A stretch of 64,000 nucleotides of DNA from Vicugna vicugna (lineage: Eukaryota). The notes under the pieces are model-generated. The model did no database searches and was not told the DNA's origin. It saw only the letters and a program-made list of their open reading frames with translations. Position 1 is the first letter of the stretch. Each line of letters begins with the position of its first letter. Positions 45,701-57,845 of this stretch are shown here, one piece after another. A program made the position numbers and the translations under genes. The DNA is taken from contig MU059972.1 in NCBI GenBank assembly GCA_013265495.1, positions 265,915 to 329,914 on the forward strand, in the 5' to 3' direction.

Positions 45701-48289
45701 CACCCTGGCACAGGCCCACCGTCCAGGGCACCGCCCTGTGTCCAGCCCCTGTCCCAGCACAGTGACAGACAGCCCCTGGCCTGGCCCTCCTGTGCAGAGC
45801 AGTGTGGCCGCTGGGCTGGGCGGGGGCCGGGCGGGCTAGGGCCCCCCACTGGGGCTGGCCTTGTCCCCTGAACTGTACACGGGGACACTCAGGATTTGAA
45901 GGAGATCCTCCTAGGAAAATACTAGAGGTCTCTTAAGCTCCGTGTGTGGGGTCCTGTGTCCCTTCTGTGAAATGGGCCTGGAGCCCCGAGCTTGGCCTGA
46001 GGCCAGTGGACACGCTGGGGCGAGGCCAGGGCCTCGGGTCCCCCTTGGGGCTGCCTGCGGTCCTCAGACCCACAGCCCTGGGCAAGGGCCCCAGGTGGCA
46101 CCAACACTGCTGCCCTCTGCTGGCTGGGTGGGGTCCCACACTGTGGCCCGGAGGCCCCTCTGAGGGTCGGTGGGGCTGCTCAGGGGCTGCAGAAGCTGAG
46201 GCTAGGGCTGTGCACACCCAGGCCGCATGGCTCAGAGCCGGGACTCGAGCCCAGGCCAAGGGTCCTGGAGGCTCCAGAGTGGTGTGTCCACTATTATCAC
46301 CTCCCTGTTTTGAACGACCCAGAACGGCCCAGGCCTCCCAGGCCCACTCTGTCCCCAGGGAGCCAGGAGCCCTTGGTCCCACAGTCTGAGGCTGCCCTCC
46401 AGGCTGGCCTCTCAGAACTGCCCCGGGGGTGCTGTCATCAGATGTGGCCCGACTTCACTTCCTGGACGCAGAAGGGACCCTCGTCCCCACCCCTCACCTT
46501 CCCCGTCTCCAGAGCTGTGAACCCACATGCAGGACTGGATTCACCAGAAAGTCAGGAGACTGGGGGCTGGACGGGGCCACATCGGGGGGGACAGCTGCAC
46601 GTTGTGGGGCACCAGATGCCCTCTCCCGCAGTGGCACCAAGCCACCACCTCCCTGGGCTGGACACAGGCCCGCGATGATTCACTGACTCTCAGGGGAGAC
46701 ACTACACGTGTTCCCTCCCCCATGAAGGTGGCTCTGTGGGATAAAAGGGGTGTGGATTCCAAGCTCCCAGGGCCCAGGCAGGGCCCCCCCAAGCCGGTCC
46801 AGCACAACCCCGCAGTGCCCAGCGCCCCCTCCCTAGGATGTCCCATGACCCTCCTGAAAGGCCCTTCCTGTGGCGCGTAGGGAGTTAAACTTTGTCACCT
46901 CTCAGTGGCTGTGACAGCAGTGTCCACAGAAAGGAGGGGACTGAGTGAGGGAAAAGATAACGGACACAGGCCCCTTGTAAGATTGTTAATCTTTAAACCA
47001 TTGTTTACCTTGTGAGATAAAATCCAAGACCCTAACTGGTGAAAGGGGAAGCTGACCGCGCCCCGTCTCAAGGAGGAGGCAAGACCGGCCCAGGTGGGAC
47101 ACCTCCTCAGAGGGTCCTGAGCCCCAGCTTCGAGCCCTGCGGCCCACGTAGGCAAAAGGGGGAAGCGGAATAGAGGAGACGCCTCTGTGTTAGATGCAGA
47201 GATTACAGCCCACCAGTACTTCGTGCTGCTGCCGCAAGACAGGCTGTGCCGACGGGGAGCAGAACGCTCTGAGCTTTCCCTGAGAATCAGAAAAGCCTCC
47301 TCGTCGGCCCAGACCGGCTCCTGCGGGAAAAGCCCACTTTGACTCATTCACACACTTATCTACTCCTTCCTTCCTTCAACAAACCCTCTCCACCTGCTGG
47401 CAGGACCGCGGTGGGCAGGGCAGCCAGCAGGCAGCCAAGCAGAATTCCAGAACAGGAAGGCTTCCTGGAGGAAGGGGACAAGCTAGCTGAATCTGGAAGG
47501 GCGAGTAGCAGGTGAGGAACGTTCTAGACAGAAGACAGCAGGGATGAGGAGAGGAAAGCCAGAGCGGCCGGCAAGGGCCTCACCAGCCTCAGGGCGTCTG
47601 GACCTCGACCTAAAGACCACAGCAGGCGGAGCGATTCACAGTCCAGGCACAGAGAAATGCTGGGAGCCCCAGTCTCCTCGAAAGCCGAGGGGCTGACTAC
47701 AGCTCTGCCACCTGGGATTGCACGTCGCCCAGCTATGCCCTGCCAAGCCCAGGCACCAGCCACCTCCCCTCCTGACAGCGCCTCCCTGGGTGGCAGACCC
47801 CCAGCCCCCGGCAGCCCCTTGGCCCCCAGCCCACTCACCCTCACCGTGGCCTCTGAGATGGTGCCGGCTTCTCCCCAGCCAGGCACGCCTGGGCTGGACG
47901 AGCTCACTGCCGGGACCTCGCAGCTGCGCTGGCCCCACCGGCCACCTGCCTCTCCTCCCAGGCCTCTCCCAGGAAGATAAAAATGCCCCATTTCCGCCCC
48001 AAGAAGCCAGGTTCTCTAAAGCCGGAGAGGCGAGGGGAGGGGAGGGGAGATCAGTGAGGAGGGGAACGGGAGCTGCTGTGCCAAGAAGCTGTCCCCTCTC
48101 CTCTCAGCCTCCCGGCGCCCTTCCACCCGCTCCCAGTGTCCGGCCGGCTGCCCAGGGGACAGGAGAGGACATATCTCGTCCCGCTGGTGCTGTCTGCCTC
48201 ATCCAGCTTCACAAGGGCAGACCTTAGAGACAGCCCCACACAGGCACCCGCCAGCCTCCTTCATTCGTTTTACTGTACGTTTTACCTGC

Positions 48290-48785
48290 GGGAATCTGAC
48301 AGATACACCAAGAAGCGTGTGAGACATTCAGGTGCCTCCGCAGACGTTCACAACAGCCGAAAAGTGGCAGCAACCCCAAGCCCATCGGCTGAGGAAGAGG
48401 CAAATGAAGTCCAGCCGCACAGGGACTGTTGTTTCGCCACAAAAAGGAAGGAAACGGGCTCACACTCTAACACGAATGAGCCTGGCAAAGGCGATGCTCA
48501 GTGAAGGAAGGGGGGCGCAAAAGGCGCACGGTGTGAGCCCACGGACATGAAACGCCCCGAACAGGCGAGTCCACAGAGGCAGGAGGCAGCTTGCCGCCAC
48601 CAGAGCCATGGGGTGCGGAGGACTGACGGGCGCCAGGGTTCTACTCGGGACAGTGAAAATGTTCCAAAGGTTGACTAGTGCGATGACCGCACAACTCCGA
48701 ATGCGCTAAAACCCACTGAGCTGGACACACGAAAGGGGTGAGTTTTATGGCATGTGACAATATCTCAATAAAGCTATTAAAAATG
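48290..48785 (+). mobile_element. L1MB-type 3' UTR with poly(A) signal
   Basis: Colinear with the L1MB 3' end: gttcacaacagccgaaaagtgg, atgctcagtgaa, gaaaatgttc, gggtgagttttatggcatgtg, ctcAATAAAgct (48767-48772). Confidence 0.75.
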
Positions 48786-49139
48786 TATGTACAGCGTGGT
48801 GACTTACAGCAATGGGGCCTCTGCCCACGTCCACGGGCAGTCCCAGCCCCTGGGACCCTGTGGCTCTTCCACCTACCACTCCCTCACCGCACTTCCCGCC
48901 AGGGTTTCACGGGGCTGCTCCTGGTTTTCACTGCTGTGCAGTCCTTCACCGGCCGGCCTGCCTCCAGCTCGGGGCCCTCGGTGCGTGGCAGGCGGTATTT
49001 TCCCCCAGTAACTCAACCGGCCTTGGCCCTCCCTCCACTGGGGGTGGTATCTGGCGCTCTGCCTGAGTCTGTGATCTGCCTGTGGACAATGGGGTGTGGT
49101 CGAGGTGACACCAAATGTTTCTGATGCAGGGTCTGAGCG

Positions 49140-49440
49140 GTGGACTGAATGTCTGGGTCTCCCCGGAATTCATGTGTCAAATCCCTGATTCCCAGTGTGG
49201 CGGCTTCAGGAGGTGGGGTCCTTGGGGTGATTAAGTCAAGAGGATGGAACCCTCTTGAAATGGTCAGTGTCCTTGTAATAGACCAGAGAGAGAAGATAGC
49301 CCTGCACCGCACGAGAGCGGAGTGGGAAGGCAGGTGTCTTCACCCCAGCAGGTGGGTCCCCACCGGACACCGCACCTCCAGCCCCCGGGCCTGTGAGCCA
49401 TCGCTCTCTGTTGCTTTAGCCCCCCAGTCCCCAAGTCTGT
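49140..49440. mobile_element. MLT1A-type LTR (further MLT1 pieces at about 49540-49620 and 49870-50030)
   Basis: tggactgaatgtctgggtctcccc...aattcatgtgtcaaatccctgattccc...gtgtccttgtaa. Confidence 0.7.
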
Positions 49441-51059
49441 TTCAGCCACCACTCAGTCCAGGACGGCGTGTACCTTGTCCACTGACACTCTTGCTCTCGG
49501 CTCTGGTGGTCCCCTACTGAGGCCCAGCCCTCGCCCCTCAATCACGGGTCTGTGAGCGCATAACAGGGCTGTTGTAAGTGCTGAGTTTGGGGTAGTTCTC
49601 ACACAGCAATGCTAACAGATGGGGCCGTTTCTGCCCCGGCTCTGGTGAACGTCTCCGGGGCACGTGTGCACACCTGCTCAGGTCCAGTGCGTCTGCCACT
49701 CGGGTGGACACTGCCAGGCCCAGGCTGCCCTCCACGGCACTGGGCCGCTGCGAAGCCTCCCGCTGTGGGCAAGCCCAGGGCACACTCATCACAGGGTCCC
49801 CAGAGATCAGAGGAGGCTTGCCCTGCAAATTCTCTTGGAAGATACACTCCAAGAACTGCAGTTACTGGGTCAGAGGTCATGTGACTTTTACAGCAGTTCC
49901 GGGAACGCAGCCCAATTGCCTTCAAAGACACTGCTTCCCCCGACCAGGCCCATGAGCCCCATGCCTACTGCCACCTCATCTGGGTTAGGACTTCAACACA
50001 CGGATGGGGGCACAAACGTTCGGGGCACAGCAGATGACATGCAGCTGTGTCTCAACAGAGCCGTCACCACAACAGTGCAGGGAGCCCCCTGACCTCCATC
50101 TGTAGGTGACACACGCAACGTGGACGAAGGTCGTGCATGGGAAGAATCCAGAAGGGTGCTGTGCGTTAGTCCCTGGGTGACGCAGGCTGTGGACTGGGAG
50201 GGCCCAAGGGAAGTGTCTGGGTGGACAGAAACACGTCACATCTCATCTATGTAGCGACTGCAGACATGTGAGCAAGTGAAATTCAGCAGACTGGACTTTT
50301 TGAGCTGATGGAAACAATATTAGTATCTGTTCGAAACTTCACTGGCCAGGGTGGAGGCCTGTGCGGAAGGGGTCTCAGAGGAGCCTGGCTGGTGTTTGGT
50401 CAGGGAGGAAGGCTCGGGGGCAGGAGCAATGCTGCGTCCACCCTGGTCACTCTTGGGTGCCCAAGAGCCCAAGCGTCAGACCCCAGGCTCCAGGAGAGGG
50501 CTCGGCAGGAGACCCATGGGCACCCCGCCCCAAGCTGCCTGGCCCCTTTCCTGCAGGCCCAGCAAGCTGGCCCCAGGTTGGCCGGCCGATTGCTTGTAGG
50601 GTAAACTAACAACAGGGGTTCCACCTCAGCAGCGGCTCTGCCCACGGGGTGTGTGGCTTGACAGCAAGCCTTGAGCTGACGGGACTGATGCTGCCTTGCA
50701 CACCAAGGCCTGGGATGGTGAACCCTCCTCCCAGGGTGTAAGAGGCCCTCAGCCCAGCCAAAGGTCCCCAACTCTCTCCCCACCTCTTCGCCTGGCTGAC
50801 TGTAATTTTCCCTCGTCCTTCCAGTCTCATCTAGTTGCTATCACCTCCGGGAAGTCTTTGCTTTCACCATTAGTGGGGGTTCACTGCCTCCCGCGACCCC
50901 ACTGACCCTGCAGTTCCCTCAGACTCCTTGGTGAGGGTCTGCTGCTGTGGCCGGACCCCACTCACGCATAAGCCCCTGCAGTCAGGGGCAACATTTGTCT
51001 TGCCCACAACCACATCTCTAGGCCAGGCACAAAGTGTATGCCCCAGAAGCAGTAGCGGA

Positions 51060-52160
51060 TGGACTGCTAACAGCCTGTGCCCACTTTATCGTGTGGGAAG
51101 ACTGAGGCTGCTTTTCATCCACCTAATGTCCAAAAGTGAGGGACGGGAGTGGGGGATGAAACCGTTGATTTTCCTCCGGGATACGCGCCATGCTGCAGAA
51201 CAGACGTGGCGGATGCGGGCTGACCCGCCACAACTCGCTGCCCCGCTGAGAACACACGAGAGTAGCCGGTATATGGAAGCAGTGGCGCATCGAACCAGTG
51301 GGCTTTTAAAGCATCGTGTTGAGAAAGGACAGAGCCGTCTGAAAAAAGGCCAGGTTGGACACCCTGCCTCACAGTCTACAAACACTGCCGATCAACGTCT
51401 CGCTCGATGCCAGAAGTCAGAAAGCACTGGAAGGAAAATCAGAGGGCGGCAGAGAGAAGCACGGACACGGCCTCGCCAGCAGCCACAGCAGAGGGTACAG
51501 AGCCAGCGACAAGCAGGAAGAGGTACTTCTGCATCCTGCAGACGGAGCTCCTTCAAATCGTTTTTCAAAGAAGCAACTCAACAGAAAAACAGGCAAAGGG
51601 CATGAACGAAAAGATGACACAGTAACAAACAAACGCCCTGAACCTCACTCGAGTGAGAAAAAGGCAACGAAACCACGGCAAGGTCCCGTTCTGGGACCAG
51701 CCTGAGCGGTAAACTTCAAAAGTCAGTGAAAATCAAACCTGCATCTGCCCTTTGAGCGAGGTCGCCCCCTCTGGGAAATGGCCCCACAGACACAGCGCAC
51801 ACACACGAGGACGCCTCTCTGCCCCAGGAGTCCCCGCTCGAGCCCACCTGGGCGAGGAGCCTACAAACTGAGGTGTTCGCTGCAGCTGTTAAGAAGTGGG
51901 GGGAGGGCAGAGCCCAGTGGTAGCACGCGCGCTTAGCGGGCACAGGGTCCTGCACGTCCACTAAAAATACATACATAAATACATGAACCTAATTACCTCC
52001 CCCCCCAAAAAGAAATGGGGAGGCTCTCTGTACACCGACAAGCAGACGTCTGCAGGGCCGGGGGGCCATCACAGCTTCCCACGACTCCTGTATGTTTGCA
52101 CCATGTGCGTTTACCACACTCACTACCTACAATAAATACATTTTTTTAATTAGGAAAAGT
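51060..52160 (+). mobile_element. Old, GC-drifted L1 ORF2/3' fragment interrupted by a SINE
   Basis: ttggacaccctgcctcacagtctacaaa, aaaaacaggcaaagggcatgaac and a terminal caataaatac resemble L1M. Confidence 0.5.
51898..52010 (+). mobile_element. tRNA-derived SINE with B-box deletion
   Basis: gggggagggcagagcccagtggtag...gaacctaattacctcccccccc; flanked by near-TSD aagaagtgggg / aagaaatgggg. Confidence 0.75.
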
Positions 52161-53330
52161 CATGGTTTCAGAATTCTGTTCCTGAGACCAATAGAGAAGC
52201 CAGCGCCGAGAGCCCCCCACCCCCCGCACTGCACTTTGTATCAGGAGAGCAACGCTGGATCCCCAGGTGCCATCTAGTTAATCATCCTTAAGAAGAGGCT
52301 ACAGACTCTTCGTCCAGTGGGGTGGGGGTCTATCCCTCCCCTCCCTCTCCTCCTGGGCAGAGTCCACACTCAGGAGGCTGGGGGTGGGGCGTTGGGAGGC
52401 CCCCTCTGTGATCTGGCACCAGATGCAGATTCCAGCTCGGGGCCACTGGCCGGCCTGCGTGGGGGAGCGGTGGTGTCCACGGCGGGGCAGCCAGGAGGAG
52501 CATTGTGTGGTGAGCGGGGGCTCAGGCTGTGGGGGTGCCTGGGAGCGGCAGAGGCCTTCACAGGGACCCTAGATCGAGGGAACACATTCACGTACCTGGG
52601 CTTGTGGCTTTACGGAGGGCTGTTCGTTTCCAGGGGCGTCAGGCAGAACTAAAAGAGGCCACCTTACCCCTTTCCGCAGGCTCTCAGGGCCGATCACTCC
52701 CCTGCTGAGCTGTGTAAATAAATACTTTGTATAAATGCTCCTTAAATGTTTGGTCAGCACAGGTATGGTCTTGTGTTTAGGGTGCGTTCAATGTTGAGCG
52801 TAAACATTTAAAACCCCCGCTTCTCCTCCTTGGAACAAAACTGCCCACTGCAGGGCTGCCCTCTTTAATTTTGATTTTTGCGTTTGCCTCTTTTGTTTTG
52901 AAAGGGTAACATACTCACAGAGTTCAATGATCAAGACGGTTTTAAACAGTACGCGTGGGAGTTTCTCCCTCCCTCGAAGAATGACCACAATCGCTGAGGT
53001 GGCAAGACCAAGCCGGTCCTCAGGTCAAGGTCCAGGTGGGTGGCTGGCCCTCCCGGGGCCCCACAGGCTCCGCCTGAGGCCGCACTGCCCTGCCTAGCCT
53101 GTGTGGAGCCCTCACACAGCCCCGCATCCCCGGCCGGAGGAAGTTCTCACTTAAGGGCGTGGACTATTCAATGGGCCCATCCTGGTCTCGTGGGCCAGGT
53201 GGCGCAGCACAGGCGCAGGTTCCGGGAACGAGGGGCACCTTTAGGGGCCGTCCTGCCTCCACAGGGTGCCGGAGAGTTCTCCCCACCCCTCCCTCCTGCC
53301 TCAGTCAGGCAGCCACAGTCGTACACTTGG

Positions 53331-53436
53331 GTTTTTGTTTTTTTAATTTTGTTGTGGGGTGGGTAGTTGGATCTATTTGTTTACTTTTTAATGGAGTACT
53401 AGAGATGGAGCCCAGGCCCTCACGCCTGCCAGGCAT
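53331..53436 (-). mobile_element. 5'-truncated tRNA-derived SINE
   Basis: T-rich tail, ggtagttggatctatttgtttactttttaatggagtactagagatggagcccagg; abuts the L1 below. Confidence 0.6.
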
Positions 53437-54420
53437 GAATGAGTGGGAACACACCTAGCTAAAGAGCTCTGCACAGCAAAAGAAACGGTCCGCAAAGTGG
53501 AAAAGAAACGAACAGGATGGGGGAAATATTTGCAAATCATCTATCTGATAAGGGGTTAATATCCAAAATATATGAGAAACTCATACAATTCAATAGCAAA
53601 AAACCCAAGTAACCGGATTAAAAAGTGGGCAGAGAACCTGACTAGACATTTCCCAAAGAAGACACACAGATGGCCAACAGGTACACAGAAACATGCTCAG
53701 TATCACTAACCATCAGGGAGATGCAAGTCAAAACCACAATGAGCTACCACCTCACACCTGTCAGAATGACTGTCATCAAAAGGACAAGAAGGAAGCTGAC
53801 GCAGTCATTATGGAAAACAGTACGGAGGCTCAGGAAATTAAAAGCAGCTGCCATATGACCCAGCAACCCCTCTTCTGGGTTTTTATCCAAAGGAAATGAA
53901 CCACTCTCGGAGAAGCACCTGCATGCAGTGCTCGCAGCAGCCAAGCCGTGGAAGCAGCCTCGGCGCCCACCGACGGTGGGCAAAGCGGGCGCCACACGCC
54001 CACAGAGAAACAGCACTCGGCCATAAAAAAGAAGGACATCCGGTCCCTTGTGAGACCAAGGGTGAGCTGAGAGGGCGTTATGCTGAGTGAAGCAAGCCAG
54101 ACGGGAAAAGACTCTCAGTCCTCACTGTGCGATCTCAATTATATGTGGCATCTGTGAAGCCAAACTCACAGAAGCAGGCAGTGCAGTGCGGTTGCCAGGG
54201 GCTGGGGGAGGGGACGTGGGGAGATGCCGGGCCGGTGCTACCGATCTCCAGCTGTAAGTTCTGCAATCTAACGCACAGCTCGGGGACCACAGCTAACAAC
54301 GCCGTGTGCAGAGCTGGAAGTGGCTGGGAGTAGATGTGAAGTGTGGTAACTGTCTCCCAGTGTGTAAGTGTATCACATCACTCACTCTAACCTGACACAA
54401 CGTGACCCATCAGCAACACT
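53437..54420 (+). mobile_element. L1 fragment (ORF2 C-terminus and 3' UTR)
   Basis: ctctgcacagcaaaagaaac, aaatatttgcaaatcatctatctgataaggggttaatatccaaaatatat, aaaaccacaatgagctaccacctcacacctgtcagaatg are classic L1 ORF2 sequence, with stops and deletions. Confidence 0.9.
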
Positions 54421-54486
54421 GGGGAAGACGCCGGCACGCTGGCCGGCTCGCCGTCAGCGCTGAACCAAACTCTGAGCCTTGTTGGG

Positions 54487-54500
54487 GCGCCCTCTAGTGG
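54487..54500 (-). promoter_or_regulatory. CTCF core motif CCACTAGAGGGCGC
   Basis: Plus strand gcgccctctagtgg matches the CTCF core consensus. Confidence 0.6.
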
Positions 54501-54814
54501 AAGCCGGAGTCATGTCACGTCTCATTTGGTGCCGCGTTGAGGGGGGTGGGGGCGTGTATGGAGCTCCCGAGTCCCGCCCTGGATCCTGGGAGGTGGCTGC
54601 CTCCCAGGACCCGCAGGGGTCGGGGAGAGCTGGACGGAACTAATCCACATGACAGCTCTGCATGTCCGGGTTGAGAAAATACTTTATGGACTCCTTCCGC
54701 TGAAAACAATGAAATAACTTAAGAAATCTGAAAAATAAAACAGAAAGCAGATGGTCCTCAATGCCTGTGACACACCAAATCCCAGGGTGGCTTCTCCGTT
54801 CGCAGCCTTGCCAC

Positions 54815-55130
54815 CTCTTCGGAGCTGCCGTGCAAAGGGCCACAGACGGGGGCTTGAAACAACAGAAGTTTGCCCTCTTACAGTCCAAAGTTAAGGTGCC
54901 GCCCGGGCGGTGCTCCCACTGGAGGCTGGGGGAGGGTCACCTCCGTGATTCTCAGCTGGGGCTGCACGATCTGGTCACTGGCTCTTTCCTCCTCTTACAA
55001 GGACCGCAGACCTCAGATTTGGGGCCCATCCTCATGGCCTCAGCTGATTTTGGCCACATCTGCGCAGACCCTATTTCCAGGTAAGGCCCCGCTCCCAGGG
55101 GCCAGGGCCAGAACTGGAACACAGCTCGAC
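54815..55130. mobile_element. MLT1C/D-type LTR fragment
   Basis: ggcttgaaacaacagaagttt...cctcttacaaggac...gcagaccctatttccaggtaagg. Confidence 0.6.
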
Positions 55131-57728
55131 CCCTAGTGGCGGGGGCGGCACTCGCTGGCCTCCTCCCCAGAGGCAGACGGGAGTGTCAGTGACAGGAGAC
55201 CAGGACGAAGAAGCTGGTAGCAACCCGGGGCTTTCTGAACACAGAGCATGAAGCCGCACCCTCTGCCTCTTCCGGAACGAAGAGCTGAGGTTCCGAGAGG
55301 CCCATAACTGAGAAAAACCAAGGTTGGCATACGGCAGTGGTGGGGTGGGGGGTACAGCACCACAGGTGGGCACTGCCCAGGCCTCAAACCCCAACCACAA
55401 GAGGCAGGAGCTGCCATGGACCTGGTCTGGGGCGACACCAGGGTCAGGTAGGAGGTGGGCTCCTCGCTGGGACCACCTGAGCCTGCTGCTGACCAGCTGC
55501 CCCTACTCAGGGCCCCAGACATTCAGGAGCCTCCACAAAGCACCAGGCAGGAGGGCCTGGGAGTAGAGAGGCTGCCTAGGGGCACGGCCACCATCCATCA
55601 GGTGCTGATTCCTGTCTGGCTCTGCTGTCCAGCTGAGGGGTCGGAAGGACTAGACGCCAAGGCTCGGGGGAGAGGATCTGGTAGGGGTGGGCCAGAGGCC
55701 AGAGCCAGGCTGTGGCTTGTGATACATAAGTGAACGTGCACGGACATCTGTTCACCCGCCTCCACCACCCAGGACAGACAGATGCCCCCACCCCTCCTGC
55801 CCCGTCCTTGAATGTCACATGAACGGAACCTCAGCATGTAGATCCCCTCCTGTCTGCCCCTCCTCCTGATCTTGCTGAGGGTCTCAGGAGTCCTTTGGCC
55901 TAATTTCCCTCTCGGGCCGTTGTGTGATTTTCCACGATACACTGGTCTGTTCCCCTGTTGACAACTGTCTGAGTGGCTGCATGTGTATATTTGTTCCCCA
56001 GGTGTGGACCCAGGGCCGAGTGTCCAGGTTCCAAGCTGAGGTTCCGAGAGGCCCATAATTGGGGTCCCAGGTGCACTTCACGGACCCTGGATGAGGTCAG
56101 GCTGTGGTGCAAGCACCCCATGCCTGACTCACATTCCTCTGGTGGCACCTGGTCATGGCCCCAGGCCCCCCGTGTTCTCTGCCTCCCCAGGAGACTCTGG
56201 TGCCCCAGCTGGTGCGGAGGCTGGGCTTCAGAGGAGAGCTGAGTCATGCACAGTAGCTGCACATTTTCTGAAAATGAACCTGAGGCCAGGCAGGCTTATC
56301 ACCTCACAATGGAGACCCTGAGACTGGGCAGCCATACAGAGGGTCCAGCCTAATACCTGCTTCCTCCCAGTTAAAACAAAATGGGGTGTCAGTGCTCCCC
56401 CTCCCTGGGAGGCCACCAAATTGACGGAGGCGAGGACACTGTGCACTGGCACTGCCCCTGCTGTCCGCCTCCTGCCCGGCTGCATGGCTTCCCTCCTGTC
56501 GATGTTTCGACGCCATGCCCGGCGCTCAGTGCCCATCCGCCGTGAAGCTGAACGCAGTCGGCTGCGCTGGCCGGGAGCAGGCGCCCTTATCCCCGGAGCC
56601 TCCACCAGTCGCTCCAGTTCTGTGTCCAGTAGCTGGAGCCACGTGGTCAGAGCTTGGGCCACGAGGGAGGCTCAGACGAGGCCCAGGGTGCAGCCACGGC
56701 CTGGGACCTGCCCCAGCCTCAGCCTTGGGGAGCCAGGGACAGGCAGGGGGTCTGCTCCCAGCCCCCTACCTGTCCACCAGACCATGCTGTGGGCCGAGTG
56801 GTGCTCTGGTCTTCCTGGGAGCAGCGACAGCTTTACCGCACTCCCGTCCCGGCCCCTTCCTGCAGAGGCGGCCCCACCGTCTCCGCCTGTCACAGCTGAC
56901 CTCTCCCCCGCTGCCAGGGGAAGGAAGGTGGCTGGAGCCCAGTGAGAATCCGCTTGCATTTTGACAGCTTCCCAAGGCAGGTGTGGGCTGGGGACACACA
57001 GGCCGCTGTGGCTGCTGCGCCGCTGAGCAGGGACCTCCCAGGGCCTGTCTGTGGCGCTGGACTTCCCACAGCGCCCCAAAGCGGGGCCCATTGTGCGTCG
57101 CCGGGCGGCAGGCCGCAGGGCCAGGTGGAAGCAGAAGACAGCTGGGCTCGCTAGAACTGGTGGCTCATGACACATGGACTCAGAGCCACTGAAAGGGCTG
57201 GAGGAGGCATCATGTGACTGGAGACAGAGCTTACGTGGGAGGGCACTTCCAAGCCATCAAAGGGAGGCTGACAGAGAAGTCCCTGATGTGGAGTGACCAC
57301 ACGGTGCCCCGAGGCCGTGAGGAGTGGGGGCCGGCAGGGTGCCTCTGTGGTGCCCCTCTCACCGCTGCCGCGGGGCTGCCCACTCCCCCCGTCTTGTTGG
57401 GGAGCTCCCCCAGGCTCAGCCAAGGCCCCTTTTGCCTCCAACACAGCGTCCTGGGCAGGCTGTGGAGCCACCTGCACACAGGGTCACGGTGCCTCCTCGC
57501 GCAGTTGAGAGAGTCGAGGGCCCCAGTGGGCGTGAAGCACGTGGGCAAAAATCCCCATCGTGCACCCTCGCCCCAAGGACGGTTTCCTCCCTCACAAAGC
57601 AGGTGTGTGAGTGTCATGCAGAACTCTGGAGGGGAGTGTGGCAAAGTGCTCACTCGTGGACATGCTGGTGGGTTTTCATTGTTTTTGCTTATTTACATTT
57701 TCTAATTTTTCTACAAAGAATACAAATT

Positions 57729-57845
57729 GAGGGAGGGCAGAGCTCAGTGGTAGAGCACATGCTTGGCATGCACAGGGTCCTGGGTTCAATCCCCAGGGCC
57801 TCCATTTAAATAAATAAATGAACCTAATTACCTTCCCCTCAAAAA
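57729..57845 (+). mobile_element. tRNA-derived SINE, most intact copy
   Basis: gggagggcagagctcagtggtagagcacatgcttggcatgcacagggtcctgggttcaatcccc...aaataaataaatgaacctaattacc. Confidence 0.85.

Noticed and set aside
50928-51705. A 225-aa ORF and neighbouring Lys/Arg-rich ORFs as a novel gene
   Set aside because: They overlap a decayed, GC-drifted L1 fragment, start at GTG or TTG, and have no splice or promoter support.
54515-54540. CA-TTTGGTGCCG resembling an LTR end plus tRNA primer-binding site
   Set aside because: The match does not extend to a full 18-nt PBS, and I saw no gag/pol sequence downstream.
57729-57800. tRNA-like sequences (also at 10679, 19790, 38920 and 51900)
   Set aside because: They have A and B boxes but degenerate cloverleaves, and continue into SINE bodies and A-rich tails. 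They are retroposons, not tRNA genes.
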